Source: Methanomassiliicoccales archaeon PtaU1.Bin030 | GTDB lineage: Archaea; Thermoplasmatota; Thermoplasmata; Methanomassiliicoccales; Methanomassiliicoccaceae | Length of the DNA: 29,688 nt | Assembly (NCBI GenBank): GCA_002067635.1 | Contig: MVRB01000209.1 | Coordinates: 1 to 29,688, forward strand | Reading direction: 5' to 3' | Made by a program: the position numbers and the translations under genes | The notes under the pieces: generated by a model | Told to the model about the DNA's origin: nothing | Database searches by the model: none | What the model saw: the letters and a program-made list of their open reading frames with translations, nothing else | Shown: positions 8,931 to 17,278 of the stretch, piece by piece | How positions within the stretch are numbered: the stretch's first letter is position 1 | How the letters are laid out: every line of letters starts with the position of its first letter

Positions 8931-9995
8931 TCACTTTAACAGGGACTCGAAATCCTGTGCGCTTTTCTCCCAACTGAACCTTCGTGACCAATCCAGGGCA
9001 TTAGCACTGAGCCTCGTCCTCATTTCATCATCGGAAAGCAGCCCATGTAGACCTTGGGCCATCGATGTCGGGTCCGGTTTGACCAGCAGGCCATTGTAAC
9101 CATCCTGTATGGAGTCCCTCAGACCAGGTATATCGTAGCCAACCGCAGGTGTCCCCAAGGCGTTAGAGTCCGTCACCACCTGCCCCCATCCTTCTCTGAC
9201 ACCTGGAACCGCGATGACCCAAGAGCTGGCTACCAGCTCGTCTCGAAGCGTCCTATCGACATATCCTCGAAAATCCACATCCGGATACTTCACGCGCATT
9301 TCTTGCAGCAGGTACCCATCACCCACGACCGTCAATCTAAGTGTCGGAAGTTTGTCCTTCAGGATGCTATATGCCTCCGCCACATCCTGTGGCCGCTTGG
9401 CCTTCTTCAACCGACCGACGAAGACGATGGAAGGGTCCGACGTTTTCTTAGGCACAGCGTTCAATGTGTCCACATTCAGACCGTTTGGGACTACATGTAC
9501 GTCCTTAAAGCCCAGTCCAAGGAGTTCGTTCTTCGTGGAATTGGAAACGGTGACGGTCATTATATCTCTATATTTTTTCAGCCAGTGATATTCGAAGTAG
9601 TGATAGCCTGCCCATGCAACGGGATACGGCATCTCATAATACCAGAACTCTCGGGCGAGCTGGTGTATGAGGGCAACAACTCTCTCGCCCCGGCGCACGA
9701 ACCGGGGTGTCATGAATGGGACGGTGTTTATTTCATCGATTATTACATCGAAGCGTTCTGGACCGGTCTCGTAGAAACGCTTGGCTTGGCGGTAAACAGA
9801 TAGCCGGTCTCCCCGACGCACAACCTTCACGCCGTCGATCTCCTCCTCGTTAGAACCCCCGGGGTACCCGCTGGTGAACAACGTGGCCTCGTGTCCCTTG
9901 GCGCAGAGGCGCCTCAATATCTGGTGAGTATACCACTCTGCCCCCCCACCAGCCGGGTTCCGGATGTCACGCCAATTAAAGCACAGTATGCGAAT
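8931..9995 (-). CDS. GT4 family glycosyltransferase; conserved N-terminus begins at an ATT codon
   Basis: The frame continues 26 codons upstream of the track start (9917) as (I)RILCFNWRDIRNPAGGGAEWYTHQI, a typical GT4 N-terminus. Also FVGRL...KRP, VVGDG, PGVREGWGQVVTDSNALGTPAV. Confidence 0.85.
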   Translation of the reverse strand: MRILCFNWRDIRNPAGGGAEWYTHQILRRLCAKGHEATLFTSGYPGGSNEEEIDGVKVVRRGDRLSVYRQAKRFYETGPERFDVIIDEINTVPFMTPRFVRRGERVVALIHQLAREFWYYEMPYPVAWAGYHYFEYHWLKKYRDIMTVTVSNSTKNELLGLGFKDVHVVPNGLNVDTLNAVPKKTSDPSIVFVGRLKKAKRPQDVAEAYSILKDKLPTLRLTVVGDGYLLQEMRVKYPDVDFRGYVDRTLRDELVASSWVIAVPGVREGWGQVVTDSNALGTPAVGYDIPGLRDSIQDGYNGLLVKPDPTSMAQGLHGLLSDDEMRTRLSANALDWSRRFSWEKSAQDFESLLK

Positions 9996-10083
9996 GTGCG
10001 CTCACCATGAATGGGATTGGGTCGGCGGTCTTATCTCTTTTGGTTGCCAAGGCAGCTACCAGCAAGCTCTAGAGGCCCGAAGC

Positions 10084-10097
10084 ATATATTATAAATA
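10084..10097. promoter_or_regulatory. Candidate bidirectional TATA region between the GT4 gene and the rfb operon
   Basis: ATATATTATAAATA in the middle of a 187-nt divergent intergenic spacer. Confidence 0.45.
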
Positions 10098-10182
10098 CAA
10101 ATCGCTTTGTCGGTTCGACCTGGCCTAATCGAGCTCTTCTGGCTAAAAACCATGCAGGGCGAAGGTCAGGCCTTTCAGAAGG

Positions 10183-11142
10183 ATGAGCATGCGAGTATTG
10201 GTGGTCGGTTCCAACGGTTTCATCGGGTCGAACCTCGTACGCCGCCTTAGGGACGACGGAAAGGATGCCATCGCCTTGGTCAGGCCTGGAGGAAACCTAT
10301 CTCGACTTCGAGCACAAGGCATCCAGGACTATTTAGAGTGTGATATCAAGGACCTACCCAGCATCAACAAGGTGCTCAGAGAGGAACACCCCGATATAGT
10401 TGTCCATTTGGCAACCAGGTACGTGGTTCAGCACCGTCCAGAGGAGGTGGCAGAGATCACCATGACAAATGTCGTAGGTACCATCAACATCCTAGAGGCC
10501 ATCAGGGCAGAGGGAAATATCGGCCTCATAAACACCAGCAGCTGCTTCGTATACTCTCCGAAAAACTCGCCTTTGTTGGAGTCAGACCCCTTAGACCCCT
10601 TCAATCTGTATGCCTTGACAAAGCTGCAGGCGGAGGAGGCCTGCCGCTTCTATTCCAGTCACTATGGGCTCGGTATAGTTAACCTCCGTTTGTTCCCTCC
10701 CTACGGTCCAGGTGATAATGCCAGGAAGATGATCCCTAGCTTTATCAGATCGTTACTAGCGGGAGCAGCTCCCATGATGACCAAGGGAGAGCAGAGGTGG
10801 GACTACATTTTCATAGATGATGTCATTAACGCTTATGTAAAAGTCCTCGATAGTTTTGAGGAACTATCAAAGAGGGGCTTCGAGAGTTATAATATCGGGA
10901 CTGGAGATACAACATCAGTGCGATCGATCGGAGAAATGATACTGGAACTGATGGGTTCGAAGATCGAACCGCTGTGGGGGGCACTACCGGAACGGTCAAG
11001 GGAGCTAACTTACCTATGCTCCAACATAGATAAGGTCAAGAAAGCGATCGACTGGGCACCACTAATATCTTTACGGGAGGGGCTTATTTCCACGATCGAA
11101 TGGCTCGAGAGAGAAGGAATGGAGGCTCATGCTCATGGCTGA
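10183..11142 (+). CDS. NAD-dependent epimerase/reductase (extended SDR), CDP-abequose/paratose synthase-like 4-ketoreductase candidate
   Basis: GSNGFIG, VHLATRY, INTSS, YALTK (YxxxK), YGPGD, DYIFIDDV; first gene of the rfbFGH operon. The subfamily call is from recalled resemblance to RfbJ/RfbS and is not verified. Confidence 0.8.
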   Translation: MSMRVLVVGSNGFIGSNLVRRLRDDGKDAIALVRPGGNLSRLRAQGIQDYLECDIKDLPSINKVLREEHPDIVVHLATRYVVQHRPEEVAEITMTNVVGTINILEAIRAEGNIGLINTSSCFVYSPKNSPLLESDPLDPFNLYALTKLQAEEACRFYSSHYGLGIVNLRLFPPYGPGDNARKMIPSFIRSLLAGAAPMMTKGEQRWDYIFIDDVINAYVKVLDSFEELSKRGFESYNIGTGDTTSVRSIGEMILELMGSKIEPLWGALPERSRELTYLCSNIDKVKKAIDWAPLISLREGLISTIEWLEREGMEAHAHG

Positions 11143-11590
11143 GATAGAGGGAGTCGAGGTCAAGCAGCTCAGACGCATTCCTGATGAGAGAGGGACGATA
11201 TACCATATGCTGCGCTGCGACGACCCCCTTTTCGAAGCGTTTGGAGAGGTATACTTCTCTACGGTCTATCCTGGAGTAATAAAGGGATGGCATCGCCACA
11301 AGAAGATGATATTGAACTATGCGGTCGTTTCAGGCAGTATCAAGCTGGTTCTGTACGACGATAGGCCCGGTTCAACGACTAAGGGCAATGTGATGGAGCT
11401 CTTTATCGGGGACAACAATTACTCCCTCGTGAAGATACCTCCCATGATATGGAACGGGTTCAAGGGCATAGGCACGAACATGGCCATTGTGGCCAATTGC
11501 TCCTCGATCCCCCACGATCCCGCTGAGATCGAGCGCATGGACCCCTTCTCGGAAACGGTACCATATCAGTGGGATCTTAAGCATGGTTGA
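11129..11590 (+). CDS. RmlC-like cupin, dTDP-4-dehydrorhamnose 3,5-epimerase family (NDP-keto-sugar epimerase/isomerase)
   Basis: DERG, FGEVY.S, G.IKGWHRH, G..KLVLYDDR, LVKIPP.IWNGFK; overlaps the upstream gene by 14 nt. Confidence 0.85.
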   Translation: MLMAEIEGVEVKQLRRIPDERGTIYHMLRCDDPLFEAFGEVYFSTVYPGVIKGWHRHKKMILNYAVVSGSIKLVLYDDRPGSTTKGNVMELFIGDNNYSLVKIPPMIWNGFKGIGTNMAIVANCSSIPHDPAEIERMDPFSETVPYQWDLKHG

Positions 11591-11614
11591 TATGACGTTC
11601 CAAGGGATGACAAC

Positions 11615-12385
11615 ATGAAGGTAGTAATACTGGCTGGAGGCATGGGTACCCGTCTCAGCGAAGAAACGATCATCAAACCTAAGCCGATGGTTGAGATAGG
11701 GAGCATGCCGATTCTCTGGCATATTATGAAGATTTACTCCTCCTATGGTCATACCGACTTCATCATCTGCCTCGGTTACAAGGGCTATATGATCAAGGAG
11801 TTCTTTTCCAATTATATGCTACACATGTCCGACGTGACCTTTGACCTCCGCAACCGTACCATGGAGGTATCCAGGGATGAGGTGGAGCCCTGGAGGGTCA
11901 CCTTGGTGGATACCGGAGAGGATACCATGACCGGAGGCCGGATCAAGAGGGTAGAGCACATGGTGGGAGATGAGACCTTCCTGTTGACCTACGGCGACGG
12001 TCTGGCGGACATAGATATCACAAAACTTACTGAATTCCACAGGTCCAAGGAAAAGCTGGCCACAGTCACAGCGGTGCGGCCACCAGGTCGTTTCGGTGCG
12101 CTGGAGATCGGAGAGGGCGATATTGTTAAAAACTTCCATGAAAAACCGTTGGGAGACCGAAGCTACATCAATGGCGGTTTCTTCGTGTTAGAACCAGAGG
12201 TCTTTGACAGAATTAAGGGTGATGAGACCATATGGGAACGTGAACCATTGGAATCCCTGGCTCGTGACGGACAGCTGGCATGCTTCAAGCACGATGGATT
12301 CTGGTATGCCATGGACACAATGAGAGAGAAGAACCAGCTGGAAACACTCTGGTCAGGTGGGATTGCACCATGGAAGAAATGGTAG
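11615..12385 (+). CDS. rfbF: Glucose-1-phosphate cytidylyltransferase
   Basis: GGMGTRLSEET..KPKPMVEIG, LGYKG..IKE.F, VDTG..TMTGGR, LTYGDG, INGGFFV, MDT.R. Confidence 0.96.
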   Translation: MKVVILAGGMGTRLSEETIIKPKPMVEIGSMPILWHIMKIYSSYGHTDFIICLGYKGYMIKEFFSNYMLHMSDVTFDLRNRTMEVSRDEVEPWRVTLVDTGEDTMTGGRIKRVEHMVGDETFLLTYGDGLADIDITKLTEFHRSKEKLATVTAVRPPGRFGALEIGEGDIVKNFHEKPLGDRSYINGGFFVLEPEVFDRIKGDETIWEREPLESLARDGQLACFKHDGFWYAMDTMREKNQLETLWSGGIAPWKKW

Positions 12386-13503
12386 ACGAAAACAGCCCGC
12401 TGGCCGTTTTCGACGGCAGGACCGTGCTGGTCACAGGCCATACCGGCTTCAAGGGTACTTGGCTATCCCTATGGCTGAAGATGCTAGGGGCAAATGTCGT
12501 GGGGCTGTCCCTCGCTCCCCCACCGGGAGAGCCATCGATGTTCGAGAGCGTCCGTCTTGAGCGCAAGATCACCCATATAATCGGGGACATCTGCGATCGG
12601 GAGCTGGTCAGAGAGATAATCCACGATCATCGTCCCTCCATCGTAATTCACATGGCAGCACAGACCCTAGTGAACAGGTCCTACAGGGAGCCTAGGGAGA
12701 CATTCAACACCAATGTTCTAGGCACGATCAACATCTTGGAAGCCATTCGCATGGAGGGCGGAGTGAAGGCCTGCATTGTGGTCACCAGCGATAAATGCTA
12801 CAGCAACGACGGCCGGGACCGGGCCTATGTCGAGGATGACTGCCTTGGGGGCAAAGACCCTTATAGCGCCAGCAAGGCTGCGGCGGAGATAGTGACCGCA
12901 TCTTACCGCTGGTCGTACTTCTCCTCTCCAGATAATGCCATGGCCTTGTCCACGGCGAGGGCAGGCAACGTCATAGGAGGGGGAGATTGGGCAGAGGACC
13001 GCATCGTGCCCGATATCGTTCGAGGCCTTATCTCCGGTAAGTCCATATCCGTCCGCAATCCAGCCTCCGTCAGGCCCTGGCAGCATGTCCTGGAGCCTCT
13101 TAACGGGTATCTTCTATTGACGGCCAGGATGCTTCAGGATTCCGTGAGCTATTCAGGCCCCTGGAACTTTGGACCAGACCACCGCAACTGTACCGTCCAG
13201 GATCTCGTGGAGAGGTTCATAAGGTCATGGGGTAAAGGTACCTGGGTATATTCAGGCAGGGCTTCGGACATGCAGAAGGAAGCGCGCACGCTCCGGTTGG
13301 ACAGCACCAAGGCCAAAAATGGCCTGGGTTGGAGGCCCCTATTGCAGCTCGATCAGGCGGTGGACCTCACCGTGGAGTGGTACAAGGCTGACACAACGAA
13401 GAGCTATGACATGGGCGATTTCTCGGAGCAGCAGATCAAGAATTTTTTACGCATGGCCCCTAATGAGAGCAAGGAGCAGTATCATGGACAAAGAATCCTT
13501 TGA
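12370..13503 (+). CDS. rfbG: CDP-glucose 4,6-dehydratase
   Basis: VLVTGHTGFKG.WL, HMAAQ.LV, VTSDKCY, DPYSASKA, RAGNVIGGGDW, RPWQHVLEPL. Start moved to 12370 (or 12379), overlapping the rfbF stop; the track's 12280 start lies inside rfbF. Confidence 0.95.
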   Translation: MEEMVDENSPLAVFDGRTVLVTGHTGFKGTWLSLWLKMLGANVVGLSLAPPPGEPSMFESVRLERKITHIIGDICDRELVREIIHDHRPSIVIHMAAQTLVNRSYREPRETFNTNVLGTINILEAIRMEGGVKACIVVTSDKCYSNDGRDRAYVEDDCLGGKDPYSASKAAAEIVTASYRWSYFSSPDNAMALSTARAGNVIGGGDWAEDRIVPDIVRGLISGKSISVRNPASVRPWQHVLEPLNGYLLLTARMLQDSVSYSGPWNFGPDHRNCTVQDLVERFIRSWGKGTWVYSGRASDMQKEARTLRLDSTKAKNGLGWRPLLQLDQAVDLTVEWYKADTTKSYDMGDFSEQQIKNFLRMAPNESKEQYHGQRIL

Positions 13504-14845
13504 TCCATTGGTCAACAATAGCATTGACAACACTCCCGAAGCGCAGGAACTTCGCACCTCTATACTTGAGCTGGTGGGCAGATACTTTGATAGCGTTAAC
13601 AGAGGTCGTAGGTTCGAGGCTGGGAAGACCTACCTCCCGGCGGCCCAGAAGGTCCTTGATGCCAGTGATATTCAATATCTGGTCTCGGCCAGCTTGGATT
13701 CGTGGCTGACCACGGGACGCTTCAATGATGAGTTCGAGAGGTGCTTGGCGGAAACGGTGGGTGCAAAGCACGCCAGAACGGTCAATTCCGGTTCCTCGGC
13801 AAATTTGCTTGCAGTATCCTGTTTGACCTCCCCAGCGTTGATGGACCAAAGGCTGCGAAAGGGCGATGAGGTGATTACCGTAGCGGCCGGATTCCCCACC
13901 ACTGTGAACCCCATAGTCCAGAACGGCCTGGTCCCTGCCTTTGTGGACGTGGAGCTGCCGAGCTATAACATCGATACCAGAGCTCTAGAGGAAGCGATAA
14001 CAGAGAGGACGAGGGCGGTCATGGTCGCCCACACCTTGGGGAACCCGTTCGACATCACTCAGGTCAAGAGAATATGCAAAAGGCACTGCTTGTGGCTCAT
14101 TGAGGATTGCTGTGATGCTCTTGGATCATGTTTTCAGGGACAGCCCGTAGGCTCGTGCGGGGACATCGGCACCTTTAGCTTCTATCCTGCCCACCACATT
14201 ACCATGGGGGAGGGGGGTGCCGTGTCCACGAGCAATGATCAACTGGCGATCCTTCTTGAGTCTTTTCGGGACTGGGGCCGGGACTGCCGTTGTCCCCCCG
14301 GTCGGGAAAACGTTTGCGGGAACCGATTCGGTCATAGGTTCGCAAATCTCCCCGATGGATATGATCATAAGTACGTCTACTCGCACCTGGGCTATAACTT
14401 AAAGATTACAGATATGCAAGCGGCGATCGGCCTCTCCCAGATTGGGAAGTTGCCGGGATTCGTGAAGAGGAGGAGGGAGAACTTTTCCCGTATGTGGGAC
14501 GCCCTCTCGGATCTCGAGGGAGATTTGATCCTGCCTCTAGCCACCCCCGACAGTGAACCTTCTTGGTTCGGTTTTCCGATCACGATCGAGGATGAAAGGG
14601 GCAACGGAGCCAAGAGGCACGCCCTCATCGAACACCTGGGAAGGAAAAGGGTGGGAACACGCCTTCTCTTCGCGGGCAATATGATCAAGCAGCCGTGCAT
14701 GGAGGGGGTCGAGCACCGCGTCCACGGAAACCTTGTTAATACCGACAGGATCATGAACGATACCTTCTGGATTGGGGTCCATCCCGGCCTTTCAGACGAG
14801 ATGGTGGACTATATGGCACAGGCCTTGAAAGAGTTCTTCCGGTAA
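13484..14845 (+). CDS. rfbH: CDP-4-keto-6-deoxy-glucose 3-dehydratase (E1, RfbH/DdhC; PMP- and 2Fe-2S-dependent)
   Basis: NSGSSANL, FPTTVNP, EDCCDALG, SFYPAHHITMGEGG (His in place of the aminotransferase Lys), RDCRCPPGRENVC (C-x-C-x7-C), YDHKY, PSWFGF. AAGGAG RBS precedes the ATG at 13484. Confidence 0.95.
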   Translation: MDKESFDPLVNNSIDNTPEAQELRTSILELVGRYFDSVNRGRRFEAGKTYLPAAQKVLDASDIQYLVSASLDSWLTTGRFNDEFERCLAETVGAKHARTVNSGSSANLLAVSCLTSPALMDQRLRKGDEVITVAAGFPTTVNPIVQNGLVPAFVDVELPSYNIDTRALEEAITERTRAVMVAHTLGNPFDITQVKRICKRHCLWLIEDCCDALGSCFQGQPVGSCGDIGTFSFYPAHHITMGEGGAVSTSNDQLAILLESFRDWGRDCRCPPGRENVCGNRFGHRFANLPDGYDHKYVYSHLGYNLKITDMQAAIGLSQIGKLPGFVKRRRENFSRMWDALSDLEGDLILPLATPDSEPSWFGFPITIEDERGNGAKRHALIEHLGRKRVGTRLLFAGNMIKQPCMEGVEHRVHGNLVNTDRIMNDTFWIGVHPGLSDEMVDYMAQALKEFFR

Positions 14846-14927
14846 GGTCGCTCCCAATCCGGGAAATATGATCAAGGGCTCAGAACCCACCAATCATCTT
14901 CTTTAATCAGGGCGCGTTATACGCCGC

Positions 14928-15980
14928 ATGGCATTCGCACGCCCACAGGTCGCCTTCCTCATCCTGAACTGGAACAAGTGGGAGATTACCATAGAGTGCC
15001 TGGAGTCAGTTTTCCAGAACAGTTTCCATGATTATGAGGTGGTCCTGGTCGAGAACGGTTCTAAGAACGACTCTTACGAAAAGATACTCTCGTACTGCAG
15101 AGGTGACCTGGAGACCAGCTCTCCGTTCTTCAAGTACAACAAGAACAACAAGCCCCTCCCGGTCCGGACGGTGAAGATCAATGAGGATGGGAGCTTCCAG
15201 TTCGAGGATGGAAATGGTCCGATCGGTGAAGGGCCAGGGCTAACCTTGATCAAGGTCGAGGAGAACCAGGGATATGCAGAAGGAAACAACATTGGCATCA
15301 GGTTCATCTCCCAGCAAATCGACCCTCAGTTCGTTCTTTTTATGAACAATGACGTGGTGGTCGATCCGGGGTTTCTCTCGCCATTGGTGGACAAGATGAA
15401 GTCCACCGAGGATGTGGCCATGGCGGCCCCGAAGATAAAGTATTACGAGATCAACGGCTCTCGCAACATAATCAATTGCGCAGGGTGCTTCCTGGACATG
15501 ATCAGGGTGCGTTCGCAGAGGAGGGGGAGGGATGAGGAGGACCGTGGCCAGTACGATACTGAAATAGAGGTGGACTTTGCGGACGGTGCTTGCTTTCTCA
15601 TGAGGATGTCGGTGCTCAAAGTTACCGGCGGCTTCGACAGATCCTTCTTCACCTACTGGGAAGAGACGGACCTCAGCATTCGTACGACCCGTCTTGGCCA
15701 CTTGATCGTCTATGTCCCTGGATCGGTGGTATGGCATCGTGAGACGTACAGTATCGTGACCGAGAGCAAGGAATATTTTATGGTCAGGAATAGGTACAAG
15801 TTCATACGGAAGAACGGCACGCGATGGCAGGCCTATAGGTTCATGGCCTATCACTTGCTGGTACTTCTGGTCCCGACCGTGTTGATATACGTGCGTGACG
15901 GTGAGACGCACAGAGTGAGGCCGTTTTTGAAGGGCACTGTGGATGGTGTCCGCATATTGGCCTCTCGCGGCGAAGGTTAA
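14928..15980 (+). CDS. GT2 family glycosyltransferase (WbbL/rhamnosyltransferase-like)
   Basis: LILNWN, VENGS, N.GYA.GNN.G, FMNND, GACFL, FF.YWEETD.S.R, VWH; ~45 aa insert between the DGS-equivalent loop and the N.G motif. Confidence 0.9.
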   Translation: MAFARPQVAFLILNWNKWEITIECLESVFQNSFHDYEVVLVENGSKNDSYEKILSYCRGDLETSSPFFKYNKNNKPLPVRTVKINEDGSFQFEDGNGPIGEGPGLTLIKVEENQGYAEGNNIGIRFISQQIDPQFVLFMNNDVVVDPGFLSPLVDKMKSTEDVAMAAPKIKYYEINGSRNIINCAGCFLDMIRVRSQRRGRDEEDRGQYDTEIEVDFADGACFLMRMSVLKVTGGFDRSFFTYWEETDLSIRTTRLGHLIVYVPGSVVWHRETYSIVTESKEYFMVRNRYKFIRKNGTRWQAYRFMAYHLLVLLVPTVLIYVRDGETHRVRPFLKGTVDGVRILASRGEG

Positions 15981-16080
15981 GCATGAGAACAACCGACCAA
16001 AGTGCCCCTAATTTGATATATCCCATAGCTGCTGGCCCAACGAAACGATGATGTGGAGGTGAACAGGCGGTGATCGTAAG

Positions 16081-17262
16081 ATGATAACAATGGTCGCCCT
16101 GGGTCCGATCGAGTCGAACTCGAACGGTTACAGTATTCGCATCGAGCACCTCATGGACTCCCTGCTGAGGCATGATGAGGTCACACTCATAGAGTTCGAT
16201 ATTGCTGAGCCCCGGGGCGGGGGAGAAACCAGATATAATCTAGTAGAGTATGACGCGGTCTACCGGGAACGCCGCATCGGGGACTTCCTCAACAAGACCA
16301 TAACATTCAATCCTTTGGGACAACTGAAGATGCAGCTCACGTCCCTTAGGGGACTTTGGAGGAACAGGGATCTCTTAAAGAGGAGCGACGCCGTGTTCAT
16401 AGAAGGGGCGCTATTCCCCTTTGCCATCATCTTATGCAAGCTCTTTAGGAAGAAAGTGGTCATGGACACCCATTGCGTGAACCTCAAGCTGGCTATGGAC
16501 TTCAAGGGACACAATCGGACCGCCTATCTTCTCCGCCGGCTCGCCTGGGGTCCCCTGGAGTATTTCGCCTATCGTTTGTGCGATGTGATCGTATTCGTAT
16601 CGGACGAGGAGGTGAGGTTCTCTGAGTCCACATTGCGGATGGACAGGCGTAAGGCTGTGGTGATACCCAATGTCCTGGACATACCTCCGCTCTCGGTAAC
16701 GGACGATGAACTTGAGGATTTCAGACGAAAGTTTGGCCTCAAGGGCAGAACGGTTGCCACGTTCGTAGGGGACCTGACCTCGGTTCAGAACAAAGATTGT
16801 GTCAATTTCATAGTTGATGAGCTAGCGGACAAGGTAAGAGATGTTCGCGAGGACCTCCGTTTCCTCATTGTTGGCAAGGGAGCGGAAGCCTTCCCCAACC
16901 CCCCGGCGAATATGGTGTTCACAGGATATGTGGACAAGATAGATCCAGTAATAGCAGCTACGGATATCTTCGTTGCCCCCATGAGGGTCGGTGCAGGCAC
17001 CAAGACCAAGGTCTTGCTGTTCATGGGCTATTCAAAGCCGATACTGACCACTGAAGTGGGTATTGAGGGTATAGACGTCCAAGGCAGGGATGATGTGATG
17101 GTTCGAGACCTCTCTGGCTTTCCAGAGGCCCTTCGTGCATTCCGTTCACATGAGGGCCGGAAGATCCCTCATGCTAGCTGCATTAATGCAGCTCAGGCAT
17201 ATTCACCTGAGGTAATGAGGTCCAAGATCGACGAGCTGTTGAGCGATCTAAAAAAACGATAA
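16081..17262 (+). CDS. GT4 family glycosyltransferase
   Basis: NGYSIRI N-terminal loop, MDTH, VIPNV, FVGDL...QN, LIVGKG, FTGYVD, APMRVGAGTKTKVL, GIEGI; GGTGAT RBS. Confidence 0.85.
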   Translation: MITMVALGPIESNSNGYSIRIEHLMDSLLRHDEVTLIEFDIAEPRGGGETRYNLVEYDAVYRERRIGDFLNKTITFNPLGQLKMQLTSLRGLWRNRDLLKRSDAVFIEGALFPFAIILCKLFRKKVVMDTHCVNLKLAMDFKGHNRTAYLLRRLAWGPLEYFAYRLCDVIVFVSDEEVRFSESTLRMDRRKAVVIPNVLDIPPLSVTDDELEDFRRKFGLKGRTVATFVGDLTSVQNKDCVNFIVDELADKVRDVREDLRFLIVGKGAEAFPNPPANMVFTGYVDKIDPVIAATDIFVAPMRVGAGTKTKVLLFMGYSKPILTTEVGIEGIDVQGRDDVMVRDLSGFPEALRAFRSHEGRKIPHASCINAAQAYSPEVMRSKIDELLSDLKKR

Positions 17263-17278
17263 GAGGTGCTCTGTCCAC

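Noticed and set aside
9054-9803. 249-aa plus-strand ORF
   Set aside because: Lies entirely antisense to a well-supported GT4 gene; shadow ORF.
12280-12369. N-terminal extension of rfbG in the track
   Set aside because: Lies inside rfbF; homology begins after ATG 12370/12379.
13319-13483. N-terminal extension of rfbH in the track
   Set aside because: Lies inside rfbG; a good AAGGAG RBS precedes ATG 13484.
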